A stretch of 64,000 nucleotides of DNA. It comes from Podarcis pityusensis. Lineage: Eukaryota. Every line of letters starts with the position of its first letter. Position 1 is the stretch's first letter. Location of the stretch: assembly GCA_964106645.2 (NCBI GenBank), contig OZ067046.1. The stretch is one strand, 5' to 3'. Made by a program: the position numbers and the translations under genes. The notes under the pieces are model-generated. The model was not told the DNA's origin and did not search any database. It worked only from the letters and a program-made list of their open reading frames with translations. Shown here piece by piece: positions 25,934 through 38,912 of the stretch.

Positions 25934-26149
25934 AAGGTAAAGGGACCCCTGACCATTAGGTCTAGTCGTGGCTGACTCTGGGGTTGCTGCGCTCATCTCA
26001 CTTTATTGGCCAAGGGAGCCGGCGTACAGCTTCCAGGTCATGTGGCCAGCATGACTAAGCCGCTTCTGGCGAACCAGAGCAGCGCATGGAAACGCCGTTT
26101 ACCTTCCCGCCAGAGCAGTACCTATTTATCTACTATTTATCTATTTATC
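25934..26149 (-). mobile_element. Sauria SINE, 5'-truncated, tandem to the previous copy
   Basis: 3' half only; flanked by TATACTGAGTTA at 25922-25933 and 26150-26161. Confidence 0.9.
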
Positions 26150-26920
26150 TATACTGAGTTAGACCTCGGCTAATGTATTTGTCCGCAGTGACTGATGCTC
26201 TCTCTCTGGAATCTGAAATACGAGTCTTCCTTAGCGTTACCTGGAGATGCCAGGGATTGTTCTGCCATTGAGCCACATAGCTGGTTTTGTTCTCTACTGC
26301 TAAGTGGCGCAGGCATGTTGCCCACATAACATGCCCATCACTGGATTTCTGTATCACTGGTTATTATAAACCTGGCAGCTGAATGTTTGAATTGACTCCA
26401 CTGAAACACACAGCATTTCAGGTGATGCAAAGACAAAATGAAAGTTCTATCTGTGGCATTCAGGGCAAGGAGAGAACAAGGAAAAGGAGAGGATGATGGT
26501 GAATGAGTGAGGCAGGGATTACATAAGCACATCAAGGAGGAAAAATGGGAGCAATACCTTACAGACAGGCTGGAAACGGAAAACAAAAAGTGATGGGGAG
26601 CAAGCAACGTTTTTATTTATTTAGTCATTTCAGACATTCATACCCTATTCTTTAAATGACTTTCCTGGGATGCCTTATGATAAAATATAACTATTTTAAC
26701 TAGGACGGGGAAAGAATTTGGGTTATGTTGAATAGTAGCAATCTTCCAAACTTACACCTCTCTATGATTTAAGGCAAAAATAGTCACTTTTATAGAGCAC
26801 TCCTTCCTTATGATCGTAACAATTTTTACAGCACTTCAATCTATTGAATTTATTTGTTCATTCTTTTTTAAAGGAAAGAACACTTTGAACAAAAAGTATG
26901 AACATGCTTAAAATGCTTAC

Positions 26921-26941
26921 CTATGTCTAAAATCTTTATTT
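26921..26941 (-). CDS. TENM3: TENM3 alternative microexon, splice site B (NKDFRHS), 21 nt
   Basis: caccaag|A AAT AAA GAT TTT AGA CAT AG|gtaagc; symmetric phase 2-2; matches the known 7-aa NHL insert; absent from the ORF track. Confidence 0.93.
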
Positions 26942-27303
26942 CTTGGTGGGAAGGCAAGGAAAGGAAGAGTAAAAAAAAACAGTATTAGAAAAAAAAGTTA
27001 GATGAAAAGTTGTTAAAAGAGGGAACAGTAAATAGGTAATGATGCTGATAAGGTTGCTGATTGTAATTCCATTCAGTCATTTTTTATCATCTGAATAGCG
27101 GAGATATTTTGACAGCTATCTCCATGAGTAAATGGCTTGAGAAAATGTCCCATCTTTCTTCAACCTCATTTTAAAATATTATTTTTAAAGCATTTGCATT
27201 TTTATTACAGTGTTCAGGTGTATATGGAAACACGGTATCATAAAATGACTGATTCATCACATAATCTCGAAACCAAATGTTTTAGGAGTAGGTAAAGATA
27301 TAC

Positions 27304-27553
27304 CTTAGTTCAAGAACACTTGTTACATTTCCAGATGGGAATATCCGTCGAACATAGTTAAAATCCCCTACGTACAGGCTTCCATCAATACCACAAGCTA
27401 AGGCAACGGGAGCCAAAAGCTTATTGCCATCTGCTTGACCATTGCAACTTGGGCAAGAAATGCTACGTCGTCGACCATTGCCCATTATACTACTGACAAC
27501 TGGTGGCTGCTGAGAGATGAACTGATTTTCCCCATTGCCTTTGTAGAGGATTC
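27304..27553 (-). CDS. TENM3: TENM3 exon, start of NHL propeller ([11 protein letters not shown]...TSVLEL), 250 nt
   Basis: tccag|GA ATC; CTA AG|gtatat; phase 1-2. Confidence 0.96.
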
Positions 27554-30500
27554 CTGGAGAAAACACAAATATGGTTTCCTACATCAGTGGAGTATTTTTG
27601 TCAGTTACAAATTTTGATCAGAAAATACTAAATACATTTAATATTGCACACTGGGACTGTATTTCAAAGGTGTCAAGATCAAGAGAGAGGACAATGACCA
27701 CCACGCTGGTTCTCCTGAAATTCAAGAGAAGCTTGTCCATAAGAACTGGAGGCTGCTATCGGGAAGTGGCACTTTAGAAGCCTGTTGCACATGCGGCCAT
27801 CCATTTCAATCCCACCCACTGAATAAAACTCTTTGTGAAAAAGGATCAAAATATCACTATTCATATTTACAATCAGCTCAGAAGGTAATCAGAGCAACCA
27901 CAGCAAAAGAAAATAAGTATATAAGATATAAGTATATAAGTTATTATATTTTTAATAACAAACTTCTATGAAAAGTTGGCAAATGCTTAAAAAAAAGGAT
28001 ACATCTGGAAAAGTAGAAATGGGCAGAACTCGTGTTTGCAACAGTTACCTTGGGGCAATGGGGCAATCCAATAGGAGGCAAGGATATACAAATAGGTGCT
28101 GTGCATGTGCTTCTCGTGGCTGAGAAGATGAGCTGTTCCTGTGTAACCCTCCACTGGATTGCCATAAGAAATCGCTCTCTGATCTAAATACAGTTCTATG
28201 TTCCTTCTCCTTCCTCCCAAGCAGCAACTCATACTATTCAAAACCACTTGACTTGACAATCTCCCAAACTGGATTTTTTGGCTCTGGGAAACATACACAG
28301 TACCCATTTGCATGTGCATTTTTCTCAGATGGATTTGGGTGAATGTTAGTTTGGAATGATGCATTCCTGTTCGTTTATTCTGTACTGTTAGAATAAATTG
28401 CTTACATATGTCCTGTTACGCATCACACACCAACAACATTATACCAGTAAACTATTATTGTAAATAAGTTTTCTGACAGCCTCAATTTCCCATTGTCAAA
28501 TGGTCTTATTTTACGCAAAAGAATAAGTTGTCTTTGCTAGCAGAGCCCGGCTCTATAATGTATCTGCAGTTCTGTACTCATATGTCAAACACAACAAAAA
28601 TGTTTGGGCAAGAATCATTAGGAAAAGAAGAAGCATTTCTCCAGCATCACTTTTATGGCCTTCACAGGAAATGTGGGGAAGCAATATATGTGCCTAATAT
28701 TAGGCTTTCACAGTTACAACTATATTTTGTTAAAACATTACCACTATCCTCATTATTATCCTGATCAATGATTCAGTCAAGGTCTGCTGTGAGAACTGTC
28801 TGCTATTACTGTTACACTTATTCCACAGTAAATCTCAATGTGTTATAATCCATGCAAACCACATGTCACTTTGTACTGTATAGTAATACTTGCTTTATTG
28901 ATCAAGTGTACAATATTTCAAAGATAACAGTACTAATGAATTTATTTTTGTCCCACAATAACTGTTAAAATACATTTAGGAAGTTCTATGACAGCTTTCT
29001 CCACCCTAAGGCTACTTTTAAGTTGAATTTCAATGGGTAAATATTTTCCATAAACAGAACATGTTCCTTGGGCTGTTCCAATTACTTTTCTAATGCCATG
29101 CAATCCGAGAGAGGTATACCAGAGGACGGACAACATTATGAAATAAGAGGAAATGAAAATGGCTTATGAAATATAAAAGAAAAGCCATGTAAATGAGGCT
29201 GCATCATAACAGCACATGGATTACATTTCCCCAAGAAAAGTTGGAACGAGAATGCACTAATGGAATCTGAAATCCCCTTCCTATGATCACATCATTTATG
29301 ACAATCAGGAAACCATAATTTTGCTGAAATAGCTGAGTTGTATAATTTTCATCAGAGGTATCATACAAGTCAGCACTCAGCACTATGGTACCTGATTTAT
29401 TCTGTCATTACTTTGAAAAATTGCCCTTTCGCATCTCTCTTCTATTACCACAGGGGGAAAGATGAACATTAGAATATTTATTGCAGTGATTCAGGGTGTC
29501 CGTATAAACACCTGTCACTGTCTTTGCTCCCTTGTGAATAAATTTCCCCAGCTCATCCACCCTGTCATTACAACTAGCCACTTCATTTATTCAATTAGAC
29601 AGGCATCACTTTGAAAAGTCATTACTTGTCAAACAGTCTCCTGAGCATAAATTTAGGAGCATAGCTGACTCACCTTATGATCAGAAACTACTGAACAACA
29701 AAATGAGGAAAATGAATGTACACGTAATTATCTCAGTGCTTACTTGCTTTGTGCCAGTTCCCATGATAAGTTGAATTGGCATTCAATGGCAGTACACTTA
29801 TTAACCCTTGCCTCCCAGTGAAATGTACCATATTCACATGAAAAGAAGTCTCTCTGTAACTAATCCCATAATAGCTAGAATTACATACCAAGAAACATGA
29901 TCTTGTTAACTAGTCCTTAGACATCATTTCAGTGTCCTTTGGCTTCCATAACATTCTGCATCCTGGCCTCCTCCTTTCTAAGATAGGTCTTTGCCTAGCT
30001 TAAATCTGAGATCATTTCTTTCCTTCCATTACATAACTTCCAGTCAACATGAGTGTCATTAGTCACCTTTACTAAGCACCTGTGTGTCATTGCCGCCTGC
30101 AGTTAAATGGCAGGCACATTTCACTCTAAAACTGGCAGCGTTCCAATGACAGGAGAAATATTTCCTCCATGCAACTTGTAATGTGTTTCATAATATGGAA
30201 GGAAATATACATGTTGCTATATTGCAGTTGTAGCTGGAGTCATACTGCTATGGAAGTCCCAATATATTTAAGCATAAACTGTTTGAATGAAGAAGCTTCA
30301 TGGGGCATCAAGCAAACTGTTTAAATGAAACAATAAAGCTGTCCAGTAAATCAGACATATTTACTTGGAAGCCACAAGTGAAAAGGGAGCTTGTGCCTGA
30401 GTAAGTGTACTTAGGATCACAGTTTAGCTGCTAAACAACAACAACAACATCATTAGTGATGGCAAAGAAGAAGAAAAAGGTTGGATAAAGCAGGTCAAGC

Positions 30501-31331
30501 AGAGAACTATGGGAAGGAAACATGGGTTTTCCTTTTCCTTTTTCTGAAACATGGATTTTTATCAGAGATTAAGGGAGGGGGGGAAATGAAGTAAATACCA
30601 GAGATTTAAAAGAAGTAAAAGAATAAAAGAATAGTTGGAATTAAAGAATAAAGATATGTAAAAATGAGTAAAGGAAAGTTAATGAAGCAAGGAAGAAGCA
30701 CTGGAAATGGAAGGAAAATGGATGAAGTTTTTGGAAGAGAGCCTCAGGTACACAGCAGAATTCAGAAGGGGGGGGGGGACTTAATGACAGGTGCTAGCGC
30801 CATATCTTTTTATTCTTTTTAGCTCTGAATGGAATTGGTATTGGAGACAAGTAGGAATGGTGCATATTTCCTCCATACCAGTGCCAATTCTGTTGTGAAC
30901 TAAAAACTTCCCCCTCTCCCAATAACATATTTGTATAAAATACATTTCCCCACCAAATATTCAAATTGACAATGAGAGGCTTAGGAAACACTTATTTATT
31001 TGCATAGAAATACAGGAGTAATCATGCTAGTGAGGCAATAGAGGAGCAATAATGCTAGCTGTACTTGACACAGTTCCATGGAAACACATCTGGTGGGGGG
31101 AGACTAGGCACAGCATAATGTTTTTACGTAGTATGAAGAAGAAAACATTTCCTGGTGTTGGCAAGGACTGAAGCTATGCTTATAAATTCGACATTAATTC
31201 AAATTAAAGAATAATTCTAGGATAGTCATGAATGTGTATTACTCATAACTTTTGTGAGACAGACAATGAATTAATTACATAGTCAGTATGAGTCCAGAAA
31301 AAAAGAGTATTAAAATAAAATTGAGACTTGC

Positions 31332-31475
31332 CATTCTGAACATCTAGGACGTGGTGCTTATCTAGGGTCCAGCCCCCCATGTTGGAGGCATCCAATTCAT
31401 AGCCTTGTAAAATAGCTGTCCGTTTTTCCCACAGTGTTAGATCCAAACAAGATTCATATTCATAACCTACAGATA
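31332..31475 (-). CDS. TENM3: TENM3 exon ([12 protein letters not shown]...HVLDVQN), 144 nt, GC donor
   Basis: tccag|TA TCT GTA; AAT G|gcaagt; phase 1-1; this join restores QNGILYKG. Confidence 0.94.
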
Positions 31476-32404
31476 CTGGAATTAAAAAGAAAAATATTTA
31501 TTATTATTATTTTAAAACTACCCTTCCTCTCTAGATACCTGAAGACAGGTTCTAAGTACTTTCACTGAACAGGGCTTCCAATTACAGGGAGGTTTTTTGG
31601 CATGTTAACACAACACACTTAGTATATCAGTTTTTCCTCTGGGTTAGTGTTAGATACAATCTGGAAAATATATATTCATAATTTTCAACAAATCTTTTGC
31701 AGGGATAGAGGTGACACACCTGTATAGCCTGCTTGGCTAGAATTAGTTCAGGAGTCCCGTGCACTGTGTCAACCCTAGCAATTATTCAGGGAGCAAATTT
31801 TAATCTGTGACTGAAGTTTCAGTCAATTAATTATACTGACTGATTAAAGCTTGAAGCTCTATATACACATGATATATTGATGCTCCCTTGAAATAATTTA
31901 AAGCCTTGAGTTGTTGAAAAACATCAGATGTTTAATAGCAATTTAAGGCAATTAAAATCATTTTGTTTTTTGAAAGCACCACAGGCAGTCCAAGACTTTG
32001 TCTGCGAAAATGATGGTGCAACTATTTTCCCCATCTTAGTCTGTCTCAGACCTGATCAACACAGTCCTCACAATTTGTTACTTCCAGGTACTAGTTTGGT
32101 TAGATGTGATAATTACAAACGAAGTGTAATTCCTTTGTGATTTTACAGTTCCATTCTTTTTATAAAAATGAAAAAATATGTCTATACCACATTTCAACTC
32201 TAAGAAGAGCCCTCAAGTCAGCTTACAACAATTTACTGGTAATAGTAAGCTGTTGTAACAGTAATTGTTAACAATTAAAAGTTTACATTCATTCTACACA
32301 ACATGCTGAACTTCTCATATATCTTTATTATTAAATATTATTCTATGTTTTCTAGATAATGCAAACAAGCAAACAAAACCTATAACAACACAAATAAGAC
32401 CTAC

Positions 32405-32672
32405 CAACAGCTTCAGATAAACCATAGACCTTTTGGTTATACGCATCAGTTTTATCCCATATGAATGTGTAAGCCAAATTTGGGGATGCAGGGAACCATT
32501 TTTGGAAAAGTCTTCCCACCACTGCCACCATGAGATGAACCTTCATTAAGTTAAATGGTATCACTGACTGCGTCATGGTGATCTTAAGAACGGATTTATA
32601 CCCTGCAGCTCTGGAGCTTAAATAAGACAATTTCAAATCAGTTCCTGGGACTGTGGTCTCCTCATGTAGTAC
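32405..32672 (-). CDS. TENM3: TENM3 exon, FN-plug region ([14 protein letters not shown]...YGLSEAV), 268 nt
   Basis: poly-T tag|GTA CTA; GTT G|gtaggt; phase 0-1. Confidence 0.96.
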
Positions 32673-35600
32673 CTAAAAAAAAAAAAAAAGAGGAAAATGA
32701 CAAATTAATCTCAACTAGCAAGAATTTTACTGCATGTGATTGATTAGAAACTATCAGAAATACGTTTTCTGTAGAAAGATACAATTGTTTAAACAATCAT
32801 TGGGCTGACTACCTAAACTTCTGAAGCAAGATGTGATGATTTTTTTAGGATGAAAGTTTTTACAACCTTATTTCCTACAGCAATTGCTGCATCAATGGTA
32901 CCTAGAAAATAACTGTCACACACATATATATATACACACATGTGTACAAAATACTGTGATCTGAGTTCTGTAAAAGACAATGGTTTAGGAAGGAATGGTC
33001 TGTATGCCTCCCCTCCTTCATGAGCTGGCTTGGTGCTGTGATCTTTGTGTGTTTAAACCAGAAATTTAAACCAAGATTTCATCCTGCTCTGAAATTCTAG
33101 TTGGTAAATCCAGCAGGATTGAAGCACTGCAGCCATCACAGGACAGGCATGAACACATGCCCTTCTGCTTTGAAGTCCTTTTTATTTTGGAACCTTTCTA
33201 TCTGGGAAATTTGCCTCTTACGGTCCAATCAAACTTATTTCCTGTCTTGCCATGGTTCCTTTAAAAAAGTCACACAAAACCTCCCTGAAATATATCCCTC
33301 ATCAACTGGCTGCTGATGTGGGTGAAGAGGAAATGGATGTGAGGGCATTTATTGCCAATGTTGAAGCCCTCAAGAAACAGGCTGGGAAAGGAGATGGGGG
33401 AAGGTCATACACCTTTGGACATGCAGGCTGAGAGCTGTATGAGTCTCTTTCTACCTGGGTTGAGGCTCTGGTGAGCAGGATGACCGTATATCCTGAAAAA
33501 CCCCTGGAAGAGCTGCCCTTTCAGGTGAGAGGGAAATGGCACTCAGCCTTCACAGCAGCTGCTTTTGCAGTCTGATGAACCCTTCTAACATCATCTGTGT
33601 AGTCTGGGGCCTCTCAGCCTAGGATGGTACAGCAAGAGGATGTGCATGGAGACGTACCCCTGGGAAAGTGGAGTGGCACCTCACTTCTTTTACAGAGATG
33701 AGCTGCTCCTCTTTAAAGTCTAAACATAACCCTCTCTGATTTTCCTGCTTCTACTTACTATATTTCACAATTTAGTTCTAATTACTAAAATGATTTTGTT
33801 GTGTGGCATTTCAAAATATTGCCTTCAGAATATTTACATTGGCAATTTTTCAAAGAAGATGTTTAAAACAGAAATTTTCTTTCCTTTCTTTCTCAAGCTA
33901 GACGGCTGCCTTAGGGAAAGCTTCCTCATGCATTCTGATCAATATTCAACCCTTTCTCATATCAGGAGAGCACAATGATTCAATCTTCTTTTTAGAGCCT
34001 TTCTTGCCTAGAAAAGTGTGTGGGTGATAGTTAGACAAGATGGGTTTCTGTCTTCCATGGATTAAGGTAGTCAATCATCTTTATTTCATTCAAGACTTCC
34101 AACTAGATTTTTTTCTTAACCACACCACTAAAGCTTTAGCTGTAAAGCCACCAAACAGCTCCATTAAGATGAGAAGATTTCTAAAAAGACAACGATAAAT
34201 CTCATATCACTAAAATATGGTGCCTCTGAAACACATAAAGCTCAATTCTCAGGATGTTGGCCACCAACTCAAAAAGCTGCCTCAAAGTTAGCCTAACCCA
34301 AGCTTCCAGGTAGGAACCATCAAGGAAAGTGCTGCAATGTTCAGCAGCATCCCAGTTTAGGAGGTGCTGCGGACTAACTGGTTCTGCAAGTGTATGTTGA
34401 TGCCATACAGGCAATTTGCAGGGCAATGCAACAGCCACCATGGCCCAAGTTTGGAGAGAAGCATCTCCCTTTGCAAGATCTCAGGGCACACCACACTTCA
34501 TGTGGCTCCATGAGCTCTCATGAGGGGGTTACGGTGGCAGGAATCATGAAGAAGTCCTGCCTCACTGGTTAACAGCATAGGCAGTTTTCAATGCAAGTTT
34601 CACTCAAAGTAAACCCACTGAAATTAATGGCACTAACTAAGCTATGTTCATTAATTTAAAACTGAGCAAAACTGAGTTGAATACCCACGTTTACCAGGCA
34701 AGAGCCTCCCTTCTCCCCAACAGAATCCTGCAATTGTGGGTTAGGTCTTGAAAACTGCAAGTGGAAGGAAGCTCCTCCCCCTGAAAAAAAAACCTCTCTG
34801 GGGAGTGGGAGGGACCCCTTTCAATAGCATGGCATGGGGTGTGGGTGGCAAGTACTGTCACCTGATCTTGGATGGGGCAACTGCCCAGGCTCCACTGCAC
34901 ACTGTTCAAGAAAATGAGCCCAAGCTTCATTCTGGTGTTTCACTTTTTCCTTTGTCTAGCTGGGAGCAATGAACAACAAACTTTAGTTTTAGTGTGATGT
35001 CTGAACCAGTGCTTATGGTTTGTTTCTCCCAAACAACCATGTTTAGGAAGCCAACAGCAAACTTTGGCTTCACGTGGTAATTTGTTTGGACAGAAACAAA
35101 TCATGAGTGTTGATTAAGATATCAAACTAAGTCAATGATTGTCTACATTACGATTTGAACAAATCATACACCTTGGCTTAATGTTATCTGTGATTGCTGT
35201 TCTTTTCTGCCACCAGACTGTCCTGGCAAACAGTAAAGTGTTAATAAAGCTATGAATCCATAACTAGAGTAGCAGACTGGTATGCTATGAAAATGATGCA
35301 GAATGTTGCCAACTTATTTTACTACTGTAGCTGATTCTAGTGAAGGAAAACCAAATGGAAATATACTTATTTGTTTTGTTTTTCAAGTTATCACTTACAC
35401 ATACTTTATATGTCTTGCTTGATAATTTCTTTGAAAAATTACACTGTTCACTTCCAAGAAAGCCTGGAACTGTATTGATTTATTGTGACTAATGGTTTTT
35501 GTGAGAGATGAGGATATTCAATATTATGTATTGTGCATCTGAGCTTAACATTAAGCCCTTGGGAATTATATATATGCGTCACTTCTACAACAGAAGGTAA

Positions 35601-36578
35601 GAATCCTGTGAGTGCACAGAGTTTGGAGAAAGCTCCCCTATAATTTATGTTTTCCTGCAAAAATACATATCAGATATGTATTAGCAACAGTGCTAATGTA
35701 CCCACACATCATAATAAAGCTATTCATATTAGTACAGTTTAAATAAAATCAAGGTGTGCAAGTTTACTTTTTTCTTAAAATAATCCTTTCTTTCAAAGCA
35801 CTTTACAGAGAGGCTTGTAAATTATTAATTTTAATTGTTTATAGACTTGAGTTTAGAAATTTCATCAGCTACTGCCAAAAATCAAAGCTATGTTGCCACG
35901 GGTAGTATTTTGAAACTAACTTTTGATCTCATCTGCAGTAACCAAAGGCAGTGGCATAACAGTGACAGATAAAACTGGCTCCTGCTTAATTATTCTGTGT
36001 TTTCCTTTAGGCTTTCAGTCCACATCAACGAATGATTATGTTTCATCCCCTTCCACCTTACGATGCTAATGGAGTAGGGCATTATGAGTCTAAAACACAA
36101 GTTTTATAGCAGAATGTTTTGAGTTGCTTAAATAATATTACATAGCAGTCCTTAATTTCAAAATAAAAACAACTCTTCATTTTGAAACATGCTATAGGTC
36201 ACACCATGTATTTCAATATGCTGATAACCTTGTAATTCCTAGATCCTTCCCAATGTCTATTTCATTGCAGCCCATATATTCCTAAGCAGTAACACATTTC
36301 CTTAAATTTTAACTTGCTTTCAGATGCCACATTTAGCTTCCATGGCAAACACTGTGGAGGCAGTCATCACCACAAGGGACAGATTAACTATTGCCATTAA
36401 CATATGTTAAGGGGGGGGGAGACAAAGCAACCTGGAAAGGGTAGGAATCAGAGTGGCAGCAGTGGAGTTGACAAGGCACTGAATGTGGGGGCCCTAGAAG
36501 GAACCTTGCCCCCAGCCCCCCTTACTTAGAAAGGGTCCTGATTCTCACAAATATATTTGTACTTAAGATGTATTGTAC

Positions 36579-36840
36579 CTGCGTCTCAGGAATAATAGGA
36601 CTGTCCTCAGGGGAAATCCTAAACAAGGTAGAAAGAGGTGATGATACAATGACAGGATTTGGTCTCACAAATCCACTCAGATCGCAGCTGGGAATGTCAT
36701 TCTCCTCCTTCTTCATGACCAGGGTGTCCATGACATAGAAGACGTTCCATGGAATCCAAACTGTGTGGTATTGAGTAAGGAATGGTGACCGTTCGAACAC
36801 TAGGGTTAAAGATGCGCCTCCATTTGCCACCAAGTCAAAC
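36579..36840 (-). CDS. TENM3: TENM3 exon ([11 protein letters not shown]...PIIPETQ), 262 nt
   Basis: attag|G TTT GAC; ACG CAG|gtacaa; phase 2-0. Confidence 0.96.
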
Positions 36841-36969
36841 CTAATGTAAATCAGATTATTATTGTGTAAAATGCCTTAAACTTACATCTTGCTCACAGAC
36901 ATATATACAATTTAAATTTGAAGATTCTGATTTCTTAAGTTTGTCAGAAGAAGCAGTAGCCCTTTTCTC

Positions 36970-36997
36970 GTGTGTGTGTGTGTGTGTGTGTAGACAT

Positions 36998-37030
<33 letters not shown>
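36970..37030. repeat. Inverted microsatellite pair (GT)11 ... (CA)15
   Basis: Read directly from the sequence. Confidence 0.95.
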
Positions 37031-37031
<1 letters not shown>

Positions 37032-37108
37032 CTCAAAACAACTTTTGATGAAATAAGACAAGTTAATTTTCTGTACTGCTATCTCAACATATGTGACATG
37101 AAACTTAC

Positions 37109-37228
37109 ATTCCATCTTGGCGAGTGATGGTGTACCCATAATCTGGATAATGTAAAAACGACACATTAACTCCAATGAGTGGTGTTCCATCTGCTGTCAA
37201 TACTTGGCCCCTTATAACAGATGCAAGG
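37109..37228 (-). CDS. TENM3: TENM3 exon ([39 protein letters not shown]), 120 nt
   Basis: Translated by hand because the ORF track misses this frame; tacag|C CTT GCA; GGA AT|gtaagt; phase 2-2. Confidence 0.95.
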
Positions 37229-38695
37229 CTGTAGGGAAAGGTACAAAATTACAGCATTTAATATTTTCTCAAACAAGCACTACCATGCCAATGTACCAAA
37301 GCATAAACATCCTGTTAGTTCACAACATTGTATACTGTGCAGCCACTGCCTTATTTCAAAACTCATATGGATCTATAGTGTCTCTGAGATAGTTTCAGTG
37401 TACACCTAATTACTTACAGTGTGAATATGACAAACACTTGCACCATCCAAATGCAGTGGTAACTGATTGGTTTGTTGTCACATGTACACTCAGCAGCAGA
37501 TCCAGGTTTGGATCTGTGTTCACATGTGAAAATATTATCTGCTTATACAGTAAAATCCTGGGCATGTTTATTTAGAATTCCCACTGAATTCAATGTGGCT
37601 TACTTCCTAGTAATGGTATTCGGAACTGAACTGCTGCATCTTGCTTGCTAAGTCTGCAAACTTGAGCACACTCACTTGGTGGTAGGTTTCATTGGGATCA
37701 AAATAACTTACTTCTAAGCCAATGGCTGAAATCTGATAAATATAAGGAGCACCCTCAGTATGAAGCAGGATTTTTATTTTCTTTTGTTTTTTCAAACAAA
37801 AGCGTCCTGCGCTGCACTGTAAGAATCTTTTTAAGTTCCATGAATTTTAAAAGCCGTTTATGATATGCTACAGTAGGAGGGAACTGCTGTTTGGATAGAC
37901 CCCTACTACCGCGAACAATCTCTTGACTGCATATAAAGGGGCTCTCTGGATCACAACCAAAGCATTTTGGATCAGTGTGCAAAATTAATAAATTAGCAAT
38001 GGTGTTTTAAAATTATAAACTCAAGGCTTTCCTTCTAAACAGCCTATCTTTTTGCACTTCCCTACGGAAAAGTGTTTTGCCAATTAATTTTTAGGCAATC
38101 TGTAAACCTGCGGGGGCTGCAAAGCACAGAATTTAAAGGAGTAATAAGGAACATTTGTGTTACAACTTTTAATCAACCGCTGTGCTCAACTACATTAATG
38201 CAGCTAAATTACTGCAGACACAGGAGTTCCAGAGTAAATCATCTACTTTCACTCAGTAAGGCACAGGACACCTGCTTTCAGTTACTAGCTTATTTTCAGG
38301 TATATAACCACTCTGCAAAGCACCAGGCAGGCAGCTTCTGCAATCATACTGTCATGCAGTTAACAGTTCTATTACATTAATTCATAATTTATATTATTTA
38401 CTGAGCTCAGCTTTAAAAGTGCATCACTGCCTTCCCTTCTGAGGCGTTTTCATCACTTTGATATACTTCCAACTGTGCTAACCCAAATCAGCTGGGTCAA
38501 TGAAGATTTATATAATCCTTAATGGAGTGCCCTGTTAGAACTTAGACAGTACACAGTATAAAAAGCTATGTTAAAGCAGTATCACTGTCTGTCTGAAGTT
38601 TTGTACAAAATCAGCCATGCAGAGTCCCAAATTTTGTACTTTTCCAACTATCCTTGAAACAAAGTCTAGCAAAAGGAATAACAGAAAACCCTCAC

Positions 38696-38912
38696 CTTTT
38701 ATTGAAAGGGCTTTCCCCAGGAATGACATGGGAGCTGTCCGGTCCTATAAGAAAACTTATCCGATCGTAAAAGGATTTGGCAGCTTGCTGAGATGGTGAC
38801 TGCTGGCTTTGGCTAATGATATCTTGTGGGTCCGGCAGTCCACGGCAGTAGGGCTGGTTTTGGCAGGAACTCTGCAAACAGCAGTCAGGATCCATGCAGT
38901 CAATTAATCCAT
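38696..38912 (-). CDS. TENM3: TENM3 exon, Cys-rich region ([12 protein letters not shown]...ESPFNK), 217 nt
   Basis: tgtag|AT GGA; AAA AG|gtgagg; phase 1-2. Confidence 0.96.

Noticed and set aside
25567-26161. Thrice-repeated 12-mer as a CRISPR-like array
   Set aside because: Eukaryotic intron; the spacers are SINE copies and the repeats are TSDs
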